Below, piece after piece: positions 16,195 to 25,861 of a DNA stretch of 34,337 nt. The first letter of the stretch is position 1. The number at the start of each line of letters is the position of its first letter. Below the pieces are notes generated by a model. The model saw only the letters and a program-made list of their open reading frames with translations, did no database searches and was not told the DNA's origin. The stretch comes from Jiangellaceae bacterium (GTDB lineage Bacteria > Actinomycetota > Actinomycetes > Jiangellales > Jiangellaceae): NCBI GenBank assembly GCA_035462225.1, contig DATHUM010000142.1, positions 1 through 34,337 on the forward strand, written 5' to 3'. The position numbers and the translations under genes were made by a program.

Positions 16195-17796
16195 ATGCGA
16201 AAGTTGATGGGATTCGTCGTCCCGAGCGTGCTCGTCCTCGGATCGCTGACGCTGGCTTGGCCCGCGGGCGCCGGTCACGTCCCCGACCAGAGCAAGCGTA
16301 TGTTCGAGGAATTCACGTCCCCCAACCAGGCGACCAACTCGGACCTGGCATTCTGGGGGACTCATGCGTTCGTCGGCTACTACACCGGAGATTTGGGGTT
16401 CCCGCCCGGCACTGGGCCCCGCGGCGGTGTGCGGATCTTCGACATCTCGAACCCGGCCAGCCCGAAGCTGGTGAGGGACTTTGCGTGTGACGGCCTCCAG
16501 GCGGACCCGATCGTCTGGGACCGGAACGGCAACGGCGTCGCCGATCTACTGTTGCTGGCGGTCGACCGCACGATGGCTTCGCCGGAGTGTGGAGCTCCTC
16601 GGTCGGCGCACAACGACCCGATGGGCTGGGAGGGCGTCCGAGTCTTCACGATGAGCGACGACCCGGCCAACCCATTTACGAACATCGAGCAGGTGAAGGC
16701 GGTCTACACCGACTGCGGCGCGCACACGATCACTGCATGGCCGAAGGACGACGGGAGCGGCCTGCTCGTCTACGTCTCCTCGTATCCGCTGCGGCCGGGG
16801 CCCACATGCGGCTCCATCGCGCCCGCAAGCGGTATCCCGCCGTACCAGAACACGGCCAACCCGTACGACGAGGACCCGGGGAGCCCGGACAGCCCACTCC
16901 ACGGTGTGATCCAGATTGTCGACGTGCCGTTCGCGAACCCGGCGGCGGCCAACGAGCTCGACGTACAGCCTGAGATCAGCTACCCCGGTGACCCCGACGG
17001 CATCAACGACTGGACCGAGCGTGGCCTCGTCGCGCCGGGGGTGCTCGAGCCCGCCGCGATCGCCTGCCACGACATCGTCGTCCACGTCGAGCACCGCCTC
17101 GCCGGCGCCGCCTGCGCGGAGCAGGGCCAGGTGTGGGAGATCGATGAGAACGGGATCCCCGACACCCAGAACCCGATGTCAATCGGCGACGATGAGGTCA
17201 CCTCGGGTGGCACGGGGCAGCTCCCCGGAGCGGTCGACTTCTTCCACTCGGTGATGTTCGACAACGAGGGCGAGGTCGTGAACTGGGTCGACGAGTCCTT
17301 CGGATCCGGCTGCCCACCCATGACGACCTATCAGCCACGGCCGTGGAACCCGGCAGGCGGGACCCACAAGACCGGCAGCATGTTCTTTACCGACATGGAG
17401 GGGAACTTCCTGAGCGAGTTCCACGTCGGGGACCTGCGGCCTGACCCGTCGCCTGGCGAGTACTGCTCGGCGCACATGGGCATGGCCATCCCTGGCATCA
17501 ACGACGATCTGCTCGTGAACGCCTGGTACACCGGCGGGGCAAACGTCATCGATTTCTCGGACGCCAGCAACCCGCGGGAGATCGCCTACTACGACCCGCA
17601 GCGCAACTCGGGCACCTGGTCCGCGTACCCGTACACCGGGCCGCTGTACAAGAACGGACCCGGTATCCCCGTCTATGCGTCGGACGGCGTGACCAACAAC
17701 GGCTTGGCGCAGGGGATGGTGGTGTACCGGACCATCGTCCAGAAGCCTGGCAAGCCCCACGTGATGGATCACATGAACCCCCAGACCATGGACTAG
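16195..17796 (+). CDS. Secreted LVIVD-repeat (beta-propeller) protein
   Basis: 533 aa. Signal peptide MRKLMGFVVPSVLVLGSLTLAWPAGA. LVIVD-like unit GGVRIFDISNPASPKLV. ATG at 16195 follows GACGGAGGTG. Confidence 0.7.
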   Translation: MRKLMGFVVPSVLVLGSLTLAWPAGAGHVPDQSKRMFEEFTSPNQATNSDLAFWGTHAFVGYYTGDLGFPPGTGPRGGVRIFDISNPASPKLVRDFACDGLQADPIVWDRNGNGVADLLLLAVDRTMASPECGAPRSAHNDPMGWEGVRVFTMSDDPANPFTNIEQVKAVYTDCGAHTITAWPKDDGSGLLVYVSSYPLRPGPTCGSIAPASGIPPYQNTANPYDEDPGSPDSPLHGVIQIVDVPFANPAAANELDVQPEISYPGDPDGINDWTERGLVAPGVLEPAAIACHDIVVHVEHRLAGAACAEQGQVWEIDENGIPDTQNPMSIGDDEVTSGGTGQLPGAVDFFHSVMFDNEGEVVNWVDESFGSGCPPMTTYQPRPWNPAGGTHKTGSMFFTDMEGNFLSEFHVGDLRPDPSPGEYCSAHMGMAIPGINDDLLVNAWYTGGANVIDFSDASNPREIAYYDPQRNSGTWSAYPYTGPLYKNGPGIPVYASDGVTNNGLAQGMVVYRTIVQKPGKPHVMDHMNPQTMD

Positions 17797-17824
17797 GGGT
17801 TCGCCCAGCTGACGATGCACCATC

Positions 17825-17854
17825 GGACCGGCCTTCGGCGACGAGGGCCGGTCC
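17825..17854 (+). terminator. Terminator hairpin after the LVIVD-repeat gene
   Basis: GGACCGGCC (17825-17833) / 12-nt loop / GGCCGGTCC (17846-17854). Confidence 0.5.
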
Positions 17855-18019
17855 GTCGTTCGCGACGCCGTGACGCTCGCTCCAGCTCAGAATCGTCTAC
17901 CGGTAAGACGGCTGCTCATCGAGTGGGTCGGCCGAGGCGACGTCCAACCCCGCCGGCTACGGTCAAACGGTCTTTTCCCGGGCCGGCCGAGGGGCTGCAG
18001 AACAGGTACACGCCGACTG

Positions 18020-18625
18020 TCACGCCGCGGCATACGGCTGCCTGATGATAGTGCGCAGTCTTTCCGGAGCCGACCGGCGTGGATCGCCGAGGTAGATCTC
18101 ATGGTGACGCCCGTCCAGGGTGAACCCCTGAGCTTGGATGAACTCGTGCAGGCGCGCGATCGTGGGACCCTCGGTGTCGTACGGCCCGACATGCAGCACC
18201 TGTGCGGCGGCGCCTTCCTCGAACGAGATCAGCCGCAGCTCCTTGGCGACGGGCATCGACTTGTTGGCGGCCACCTCGTCCGCCAGGCGCGTAACCAGGT
18301 CGCCGGTGACCGCGTCGGGCTGGCGGATCATCATGGTCCAGTCCCATTCGGACTTGTCGCCGGTCAGGAAGGTGCTCATGTCCGCTGCCCACCACAGGCC
18401 CTCGAGCGGGGATACCTTGAATTCCGGTCCGCCGGCCTTCTTGACAGCGAACTTGGCGGCGTAGGACACCGAGTACAACGCCTGAACCGCGGCGCCATAC
18501 GCCCGGCTGGTGTTCGGGTCGCCGTGCCCGTCGAGGCACAGGAACCGGAGCGCAGGTACCTGCACTAGCTGCGGCTTGGTCGTGGCGCGGTACAGCCGGT
18601 CGACGGCGTCGCCTTCGGTCGTCAC
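18020..18625 (-). CDS. GyrI-like small-molecule-binding domain protein
   Basis: 201 aa. LVQVPALRFLCLDGHGDPNTS...PLEGLWW...QVLHVGPYDTEGPTIARLHEFI...HHEIYLGDPRR. Confidence 0.85.
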   Translation of the reverse strand: MTTEGDAVDRLYRATTKPQLVQVPALRFLCLDGHGDPNTSRAYGAAVQALYSVSYAAKFAVKKAGGPEFKVSPLEGLWWAADMSTFLTGDKSEWDWTMMIRQPDAVTGDLVTRLADEVAANKSMPVAKELRLISFEEGAAAQVLHVGPYDTEGPTIARLHEFIQAQGFTLDGRHHEIYLGDPRRSAPERLRTIIRQPYAAA

Positions 18626-18658
18626 CTCAGAACCTCCCCGCGGGGCACCGTAACACCG

Positions 18659-19563
18659 TCAGGCCAGATCGCGTCGGCGCATGGTGACCGCCGCCGCTAC
18701 CACGAACGCGACCAGGTACGCGGTCAGCAAGGTCGCCGACTCCGCGCCGGTCAGTACTGTCAGCACGCCTGGCGCACCCTCGCCCTCACCCTCGGCCGTT
18801 GCTCCCAGCGCGCCGGCCATCGAACCGGCCGCAGTGCCGGGTAGTACGTTCGTCACGTACTCCAGCTCATTGATCAGGTTCGCCACGCCCCGCAGCAGGT
18901 TCTCGACGACCAGCGACCACCCAGTCCCAGACCCACGGCCAGCGCCGGGCTTCGGGTCAGGACGCCGATCAACACGCCGGCAGTCGCCCACATGGCACTT
19001 ATCAGCAGGCCACCGCCGACGGACTGGGCGAGCTCGCCGGCGTCCGGCCAGACGAGAGCCTGCGACTCTACGGTCGCGATGAGCGCCGATGCGCCGGAGT
19101 CGAGAACTAGCTGGCCGGCAATGATCGCCACGATGACGACACTCAGAGCCACCAGCGTCCCCGCGAACGCGACCAGCCGGCCAGGGCCCTGGGTCAGCAC
19201 CGTCTTCCAGGTTCCCCACCCGAAGCCACTGCCTGCCGCCAGCGCGCCGAGGATCATCATGATCGCACCGCCGAACATCGGCAGCCCGCCGGTGTAGATG
19301 CGCGGGATCGCCTCCGGAAGCAGATCGGCCAGCAAGCCGTCAGTCGCCTCACCGGTTCCGAAGTTGCCAGATCCGGTCGTGTAGGCGATGTAGTTGAACA
19401 CGTAGGCGAACGTCAGGTTCAACGCGAGCCAGACGCCGCCCAGCACCCAGACCGTCGGCCACTTGCGCAGCCGTAGCAGCTCGGCTCGCACACTCGCGCC
19501 CAGGGCGCGGATGCCCGTCGGCTCAATCGCCGTCCGCATGGGCCTTGCCTCCATCGTCGTCAT
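18659..19563 (-). pseudogene. ABC-2 type transporter permease interrupted by a -1 frameshift near 18919-18922
   Basis: The N-terminal about 215 aa are in one frame (...VLTRSPALAVGLGLG). The C-terminal about 87 aa, WSLVVENLLRGVANLINE...AYLVAFVVAAAVTMRRRDLA, continue in another frame. The start overlaps the ATPase stop as ATGA. Confidence 0.72.
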
Positions 19564-20483
19564 GGCCGTAGCTCCCCACTGCCGCCGTTGCGTTCTCCGG
19601 CCGTCATCTCGAAGAAGACGTCCTCGAGGGAACGCTCGGACGAACGGATCTCGTGAATGTCGACACCGGCCGTGACGAGCTCACGCGCCAGCTCCGGGAC
19701 GCGCCCGGCCTCCAGGTCGAGGTGCACGCCGCCGTCCTGCAACCGCACCGCGTCGGCTCCCGCCACCTGCATGGCGGCCGCGAGCGTCCGGTCGATCGGG
19801 TCGGCCCGGACCAGAACGGTGCTCGCGCCGCGCAACTCGGCCACAGTGCTCTCGGCGAGCAGCCGGCCACGCGAGATCACGCCGACCCGGTCGCAGATCT
19901 CCTGGACCTCACCGAGCAGGTGGCTGGACAGCAGCACCGTCTGGCCCTGCTGCGCCAGCCCGGCGATCAGCCCGCGCATGTCCGCCATCCCGGCCGGGTC
20001 GAGCCCGTTCGTCGGCTCGTCCAGCACCAGCAGCTCCGGACCGCCGAGCAGCGCCGATGCCACGCCGAGCCGCTGTTTCATGCCCAGCGAGTACGAGCGG
20101 AACGCATCACCGCACCGGCCGGCAAGATCCACCCGCTCAAGGGCGGAGTCCACGGCAGCGTCAGTGACGCCCTGGTAGCGCGCCATCACTCGCAGGTTGT
20201 CGCGACCGGACAGGTACGGAAAGAAGCCGGGGCCTTCGACCAGCGCTCCCGTCCGTGCGACGGCGGCCGGATGGCCCGGGCGCGCGCCGAGAATCGTCGC
20301 GGTGCCCCGCGTTGGACGGACCAAGCCAAGCAGCATGCGCAACGTCGTCGTCTTACCGGCGCCGTTCGGTCCGAGGAAGCCGTAGACCTCACCGCGACGG
20401 ACGGTGAGGCTCACGTCGTCGACGGCGATGTGGTCGCCATACTTCTTGGTCAAGCGGTCGGTGACCACAATGGTTTCGGTCAT
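19560..20483 (-). CDS. ABC transporter ATP-binding protein
   Basis: Walker A GPNGAGKTT, signature YSLGMKQRLG, Walker B LLVLDEPTNGLD. ATG at 20483. Confidence 0.93.
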   Translation of the reverse strand: MTETIVVTDRLTKKYGDHIAVDDVSLTVRRGEVYGFLGPNGAGKTTTLRMLLGLVRPTRGTATILGARPGHPAAVARTGALVEGPGFFPYLSGRDNLRVMARYQGVTDAAVDSALERVDLAGRCGDAFRSYSLGMKQRLGVASALLGGPELLVLDEPTNGLDPAGMADMRGLIAGLAQQGQTVLLSSHLLGEVQEICDRVGVISRGRLLAESTVAELRGASTVLVRADPIDRTLAAAMQVAGADAVRLQDGGVHLDLEAGRVPELARELVTAGVDIHEIRSSERSLEDVFFEMTAGERNGGSGELRP

Positions 20484-20639
20484 GTGGCCAGCCTCGCCGC
20501 CGCAGGCGTACCCGCGCGTCCGCCGCAGAGCGGCTCGTGCACTACGCAAATCCGCGTAGCCGGGATACGCGAGTCGACCGATGCCATCGACCGCCTTCTC
20601 GCCCTATGGTCGAGATGACCCGACCGACCGAGGTGAAAG

Positions 20640-21818
20640 TTGAAGCCCTGGCGACTTCGTGAGCTGGTCCAAGACACCGGCGTCACGGCAGTGCTGCTCT
20701 TCGTCGGCCTTGGCGGCACCCACCCGGCAAGTCAGGACCAGCTCGAATGGAGCCGTGCTCCGGACGGCTGGGCATACCTGCTCGTCGTTCTGGCCACGCT
20801 GCCATTCGTCTTGCGCCGGCGCTACCCGATTCCGGTGGCCGTCGTCAGCGGCGCTGCGGTGCTCACCTACCTGACGGTCGACTACGCGTACGGGCCGATC
20901 CTGTTCACGATCCCGATCGCCGCCTACACACTCGGTTCGATGCTGCCGAGGCGAGCGGCGATGCGCTGGATCGGTGGCTACTACCTGCTCACGCTCGCCG
21001 TCACGCTGTCGCGGACGTTCCGCGACGACGGAGACGACTTGTGGCGGCAGATCGCCGTCTGGGGCGTCGTGTCGCTGGCGGCGTTCGCTGCGCCGCTCGC
21101 CATCGGCATCGCCAGTCGGGTCCGCCGCGAGTCCGAAGCCGGCGTTCGGACCGCGCTCGCCCGCCGCGCGGTGACCGAGGAACGGCTGCGCATGGCGGCC
21201 GAACTGCATGACTCGGTCGGGCACGGGCTCGCCGTGATCGCCATGCAAGCCGGGGTCGCACTGCACGTCCTGGACCGCGAACCGGCCAAGGTCAAAGAGG
21301 CGCTCGAAGCCATTCGCGACACCAGCCGCCGATCTCTCGACGGATTGCGCGCACAACTTCAGCAGATGCGCGAGCCGGCCTCCGACGAGGCACCCCGGCG
21401 ACCGTCCGTCGGACTCGCCGAGCTCGACGTCCTCGTCGATCGGATCCGCGCCGGCGGGCTGGACGTCCGGACAGACATCGACCCGACCGTTCTGGACGGC
21501 CACCTGCCACCTGACCTCGACGTCGCCGCATACCGGATCGTGCAGGAGTCACTGACCAACGTGCTCCGACATGCCGAGGCCAGTCGCGCCAGCGTGACGA
21601 TCCAACGCAGGGACGGTGCCGTCGTGCTCGACGTGGTGGACAACGGGACGGCCGCCGCCGGCCTCGGAGCCGACGACTCCGGCACCGGCATCGCCGGAAT
21701 GCGCGCCCGCGCACATGCCCTCGGCGGGACGCTCGAAGCGGGGCCTCGGCCTGACGGCGGGTTCGCCGTGCGCGCAAGCCTTCCGACCGACACGAACATG
21801 CCAGGATCGGAACTGTGA
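20640..21818 (+). CDS. Sensor histidine kinase (HisKA_3 / NarL-partner type)
   Basis: N-terminal TM helices, H-box AAELHDSVGHGL, HATPase N-box QESLTNVLRHA and G-box DNG...GTGIAGMRARA. TTG start at 20640, so the start is uncertain. Confidence 0.9.
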   Translation: MKPWRLRELVQDTGVTAVLLFVGLGGTHPASQDQLEWSRAPDGWAYLLVVLATLPFVLRRRYPIPVAVVSGAAVLTYLTVDYAYGPILFTIPIAAYTLGSMLPRRAAMRWIGGYYLLTLAVTLSRTFRDDGDDLWRQIAVWGVVSLAAFAAPLAIGIASRVRRESEAGVRTALARRAVTEERLRMAAELHDSVGHGLAVIAMQAGVALHVLDREPAKVKEALEAIRDTSRRSLDGLRAQLQQMREPASDEAPRRPSVGLAELDVLVDRIRAGGLDVRTDIDPTVLDGHLPPDLDVAAYRIVQESLTNVLRHAEASRASVTIQRRDGAVVLDVVDNGTAAAGLGADDSGTGIAGMRARAHALGGTLEAGPRPDGGFAVRASLPTDTNMPGSEL

Positions 21819-22480
21819 TCAAAGTCGTGGTGGTGGACGACCAGGCGCTCGTCCGGATGGGCCTGCGAACGCTGCTGGAGTCCGAACCCGACACCGAACT
21901 GGTCGGCGAGGCGGCCGACGGGCAGGCCGGGCTGGATCTAGTGCGCCGGCTGCGACCGGACGTCGTGCTGATGGACGTGCGCATGCCGGTGCTCGACGGA
22001 CTGGCCGCGCTGCGCGAGATCACCGCCGCCCCGGACCTGGCGGCCGTGAAGGTGATCGTGCTCACCACGTTCGAGATGGACGAGTATGTCTTCGAAGCGC
22101 TGCGCGGCGGGGCCAGCGGGTTCGTTCTCAAGGACGCCGACCCGGCCGAGTTGTTGCACGCGATCCGGGTGGTGTCGGACGGCGGCTCCCTGCTGTCGCC
22201 GACTGTGACACGGCGGGTCATCGAGCAGTTCAGTGCCCGCTCGGTGCCGGCCAGCGCGGCTCATCCTGAGATCGGCCGGTTGACCGAGCGTGAACGCGAG
22301 ATCGTCGCCTGGGTCGCGACCGGCCGGTCGAACGACGAGATCGCCGACGAACTCGTCGTGAGCCCGGCGACGGTGCGCACCCATGTCAGCCGCGCGATGA
22401 TCAAGCTGCACGCCCGCGACCGGGCGCAGTTGGTCGTGTTCGCCATCCGGTCCGGGTTGACCGTGCCTGACCAGCGGTGA
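21815..22480 (+). CDS. NarL/LuxR-family response regulator
   Basis: Receiver domain (VVVDDQALVRMGL...VVLMDVRMP) plus LuxR HTH (LTEREREIVAWVATGRSNDEIADELVVSPATVRTHV). The GTG start overlaps the kinase stop (GTGA). Confidence 0.93.
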   Translation: MIKVVVVDDQALVRMGLRTLLESEPDTELVGEAADGQAGLDLVRRLRPDVVLMDVRMPVLDGLAALREITAAPDLAAVKVIVLTTFEMDEYVFEALRGGASGFVLKDADPAELLHAIRVVSDGGSLLSPTVTRRVIEQFSARSVPASAAHPEIGRLTEREREIVAWVATGRSNDEIADELVVSPATVRTHVSRAMIKLHARDRAQLVVFAIRSGLTVPDQR

Positions 22481-22496
22481 CATTAGTACGGCGGCA

Positions 22497-23918
22497 TCAG
22501 CCGGCCTCAGCTGTGCGGACGGTGTCGACGACGTCGGCAAGTAGCGTGATCCCCTCGACGATCTTGCGTTCGCTGAGACCGGCATAGCCGAACAACAGGC
22601 CACCCGCCCCGCCGCCGTGCATGCGATAGGGCGACAGTCCGTAGACACCGACACCTCGCCGTCCAGCAGCGTCCGCGACCGCCGCCTCATCGACGTCGTC
22701 GGGCAGCCAAGTGAGCACGTGCAGGCCGGCAGCGATACCGACCGGCCGAAGGTCCGGCAACATTTCGTGCAGCGCGTCGAGGAGCGCGTCACGGCGGCGA
22801 CGGTAGATCGCGCGCATGCGACGCAGGTGCCGGTCGAATTCGCCATGAGAGAGGAAGTCGGCGAACGCCAACTGGTCGAGGACTGCAGATCCGAGGTCCG
22901 CGGCGAGCTTGGCGGCAGCGACGGAGTCGACGAGACCACGCGGTACCACCAGCCAGCCAAGCCGGAGGCCAGGCGCGAGGGTCTTGCTGGCCGAACCAGC
23001 GTAGACGACGTGGTCCGGAGCGAGTCCCTGTATCGCGCCTACCGGGGCCCGGTCGTACCGATACTCCGCGTCGTAGTCGTCCTCGATCACGAGCCCGTTG
23101 TGGCGGATCGCCCAGTCGACGAGCGCGGTCCGGGCCCCCGGGGAGAGCACAGCGCCGGTCGGGAACTGGTGGGCGGCAGTGACGAGTACGGCGTCGGCGC
23201 CGGAGCGCTCGAGCTCGTCGATGCGAATGCCTTCCTCGTCGACTGGGACGCCGACCACGTCGAGGCCGGCTGCCAGCGCGATGCTGCGCACATTCTCGTC
23301 TGACGGATCCTCGACCGCGAGCCTGCGGCGGCCATTCGCCATCAGGACCCTGGTGACGAGTGTGAGCCCTTGCGCGAAGCCGTTGCAGATGATCACGTTC
23401 GTCGGCTGTGCCGCCGTGCCCCGTACCCGGTTGACGTAGTCGGCCAGAGCCTGGCACAGCTCAGGTGCACCGTGGCCATCGAGATAGTTCAGCCGGTCGT
23501 GAGGCGCGCCGTTCAGCGCCCGCCGCAGTGAACGCAGCCACGCTGCTCGCGGGAACTGCGACACGTCTGGGCGACCGTAGCGGAAGTCGATGGCCGGCCC
23601 GCCAACCGGCGACCTCGAGGCGGGGTGCGGCGGCGCCGCGGCCGTCGTAGCGACCTCGGTATACCCGCCTGGCCGGCTGACCAGATATCCCTCCGCGACA
23701 AGCTGTTGGTAGGCCTCCACTACTACGCCGCGCGAGAGGCCGAGATCAGCGGCAAGGGCACGGCTCGAAGGCATCCTGGTGCCGTCTCGAAGCCGGCCAT
23801 CTCTGATACCGCGCCGGATCTGGCTTTCGATCTGCTGATGGAGCGGAACCGCAAGATCGCGACGCAGTTGGACGAGCAGCTCGCCCTGGCGTCTCGAACT
23901 GGTCCTGGATTCGGTCAC
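22497..23918 (-). CDS. MocR-type regulator (GntR HTH fused to a PLP-dependent aminotransferase-like domain)
   Basis: HTH MPSSRALAADLGLSRGVVVEAYQQLVAEGYLV and PLP-lysine motif GSASKTLAPGLRLGWLV. GTG at 23918 chosen because the longer ORF-track N-terminus does not look like protein. Confidence 0.88.
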   Translation of the reverse strand: MTESRTSSRRQGELLVQLRRDLAVPLHQQIESQIRRGIRDGRLRDGTRMPSSRALAADLGLSRGVVVEAYQQLVAEGYLVSRPGGYTEVATTAAAPPHPASRSPVGGPAIDFRYGRPDVSQFPRAAWLRSLRRALNGAPHDRLNYLDGHGAPELCQALADYVNRVRGTAAQPTNVIICNGFAQGLTLVTRVLMANGRRRLAVEDPSDENVRSIALAAGLDVVGVPVDEEGIRIDELERSGADAVLVTAAHQFPTGAVLSPGARTALVDWAIRHNGLVIEDDYDAEYRYDRAPVGAIQGLAPDHVVYAGSASKTLAPGLRLGWLVVPRGLVDSVAAAKLAADLGSAVLDQLAFADFLSHGEFDRHLRRMRAIYRRRRDALLDALHEMLPDLRPVGIAAGLHVLTWLPDDVDEAAVADAAGRRGVGVYGLSPYRMHGGGAGGLLFGYAGLSERKIVEGITLLADVVDTVRTAEAG

Positions 23919-23991
23919 AGAACTGGACCTTATCGAAGTACCGATTCGATGCCAGGGTCTTACTACGAGATCCGTCCCAGAGGAGCCAGCA

Positions 23992-24411
23992 ATGACCACA
24001 ATGCAGACGATCCCCAGCACCCCATCGGCAAGCGTTCCCGAAGATCCTGACTTCCGCGCCGTCCTGCGGGCCGTACACCTCGAGGTCGCCGCCATCATTG
24101 CCGAATTCGATCTCGGCGATACAACCCTTTGGGCGAAGACTGCCGAAATCGTCTCGGACGTCGTCACCGAAGCCGGCGACATGGCAGCTTTGCTGGCCGG
24201 TGTGCCGTCCGAGACGCCCGCGACAGGTGCACCGCCGGTCGTGCGGGTCAGAGAACTCGCGGCCGCGCAGCGCCGCCTGTTCGGTGTGCTGGACGCTGAG
24301 ACTCCTGTCGATCGGCGGCCGGCCCTCCTGGAATCTGCTGACCGAGTTCACGGACTCGGCCAGTGGCTGGCGCACGTGGCGCTGCAAACAGACGTGGGGA
24401 GCCGGCGATGA
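23992..24411 (+). CDS. Hypothetical protein (139 aa, no recognisable domain)
   Basis: GAGGAG RBS upstream of the ATG, coding-like codon usage, and the stop overlaps the downstream ATG as ATGA (24408-24411). Confidence 0.55.
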   Translation: MTTMQTIPSTPSASVPEDPDFRAVLRAVHLEVAAIIAEFDLGDTTLWAKTAEIVSDVVTEAGDMAALLAGVPSETPATGAPPVVRVRELAAAQRRLFGVLDAETPVDRRPALLESADRVHGLGQWLAHVALQTDVGSRR

Positions 24412-25784
24412 CGAGCCTGCGTAATGCCCTGGCGAATTCGCTGCAGGGCAAGGTCGAGGGACATGTACTCGTCCCTGGCGACGAGGGGTACGACAGTGCC
24501 CGCGCGGTCTGGAACGCCATGGTCGACCGGCGACCCCGAGTCATCATCAGATGTGCGAGTGTCGCCGACGTGGCGACGGCAGTCCGCTTCGCCAGGGACA
24601 ACGACCTCGAGATCGGCGTGCGATGCGGCGGCCATAGCGTGCTCGGGATAGCGGTTCCGGAGAACGGCGTGATGATCGATCTGACCTCGATGGGCCAGGT
24701 CAGGGTCGACCCGCAGCGCCGACGAGCGTGGGTACAGGGCGGTGCATTGCTCGGAGCTCTCGACCAGGCAAGCGTGCCGCACGGCTTGGCCACGACAGCC
24801 GGCAACGTGTCGCACACCGGCGTCGGCGGGCTCACGCTCGGCGGCGGGATGGGCTGGCTCGCCCGGCAACACGGGCTGTCCTGCGACAACGTGGTGTCCT
24901 TCGAGATCGTGACCGCCGACGGACTCACCATCCGAGCAAGTGCGACCGAGAACCCCGACCTGTTCTGGGGGTTGCGCGGCGGAGGCGGCAACTTTGGCGT
25001 CGTGACCGAGTTCGAGTTCCAACTCCACCCCATAGATGGCCGGACGCTCGCCGCGGACCTCTGGTTCGATCTGGACGACGCGGCTGCGGTGTTCCAGGGC
25101 TGGCGTGAGCTCAGCGCCGCTGCGCCCCGCGAGGCGACATTCACGGCGTGGGTTGGCGAGCTGAACGGCCGGCCGCTGGCCAGCGTCGGCTTCGTGTGGA
25201 GCGGCGACCCGGCCGCCGGCCGGCGGCTACTGCCGCCGCTGCGCGCCCTCGGCCGGCCGGTCGACGAGCGCGTCGCGGAAAGGTCGTACGTCGAGCTTCA
25301 GCGGATGGACGACAGTGTCGAAGGACATGCCTTGCGCAGGTACTGGAAGGGCCATTACTTCTCCTCGTTGCCCGCTGACGCGATCGAGGCATTCCTCCTC
25401 CGCGGTACGCCGGACGGCCGAGGTGATCATCTGCCCGCGGCCAGTCTCCAGGCGTACGGCGGCGCGATCGCCGACGTGCCGGACGCCGAGACCGCGTTCA
25501 GCCACCGAGACACGCTTTTCGAGTTCGTCGCCGCAGCCCGCTGGTCAGAACCCGAGGAGGACGAGGCCAGGATCGCAGCGGCTCGGCGGTACGCCGCCTC
25601 GCTCGACGGGTTCGCGCGCGGCGCCTCCGTCAATGTGCTCACCGACGAGGGACAGGCCGGCGTGCGGCGCGCGTACCCGCCGGAGAAGTTGGCCCGGCTC
25701 ACCGCACTCAAGGACACCTGGGACCCGGACAACGCCTTCCACCTCAACCACAACGTCCGGCCCAGCAGCCAGCAGGCGGGCTAG
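24408..25784 (+). CDS. FAD-linked oxidase of the VAO/BBE family
   Basis: FAD_binding_4 features (PRVIIRCASVADVATAVRFARDNDLEIGVRCGGHS) and a C-terminal BBE-like motif (WDPDNAFHLNHNVRP). Confidence 0.9.
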   Translation: MTSLRNALANSLQGKVEGHVLVPGDEGYDSARAVWNAMVDRRPRVIIRCASVADVATAVRFARDNDLEIGVRCGGHSVLGIAVPENGVMIDLTSMGQVRVDPQRRRAWVQGGALLGALDQASVPHGLATTAGNVSHTGVGGLTLGGGMGWLARQHGLSCDNVVSFEIVTADGLTIRASATENPDLFWGLRGGGGNFGVVTEFEFQLHPIDGRTLAADLWFDLDDAAAVFQGWRELSAAAPREATFTAWVGELNGRPLASVGFVWSGDPAAGRRLLPPLRALGRPVDERVAERSYVELQRMDDSVEGHALRRYWKGHYFSSLPADAIEAFLLRGTPDGRGDHLPAASLQAYGGAIADVPDAETAFSHRDTLFEFVAAARWSEPEEDEARIAAARRYAASLDGFARGASVNVLTDEGQAGVRRAYPPEKLARLTALKDTWDPDNAFHLNHNVRPSSQQAG

Positions 25785-25785
25785 A

Positions 25786-25802
25786 CGCGGGGAACCCCCG
25801 CG
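25786..25802 (+). terminator. Short GC hairpin after the FAD oxidase gene
   Basis: CGCGGGG / AAC / CCCCGCG, starting 2 nt after the stop codon. Confidence 0.3.
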
Positions 25803-25861
25803 CTCGATAACCAGCCGGCGCAGGAGCACGATGAGAACAAGGCGTACGAGGAGGGGTGGAT

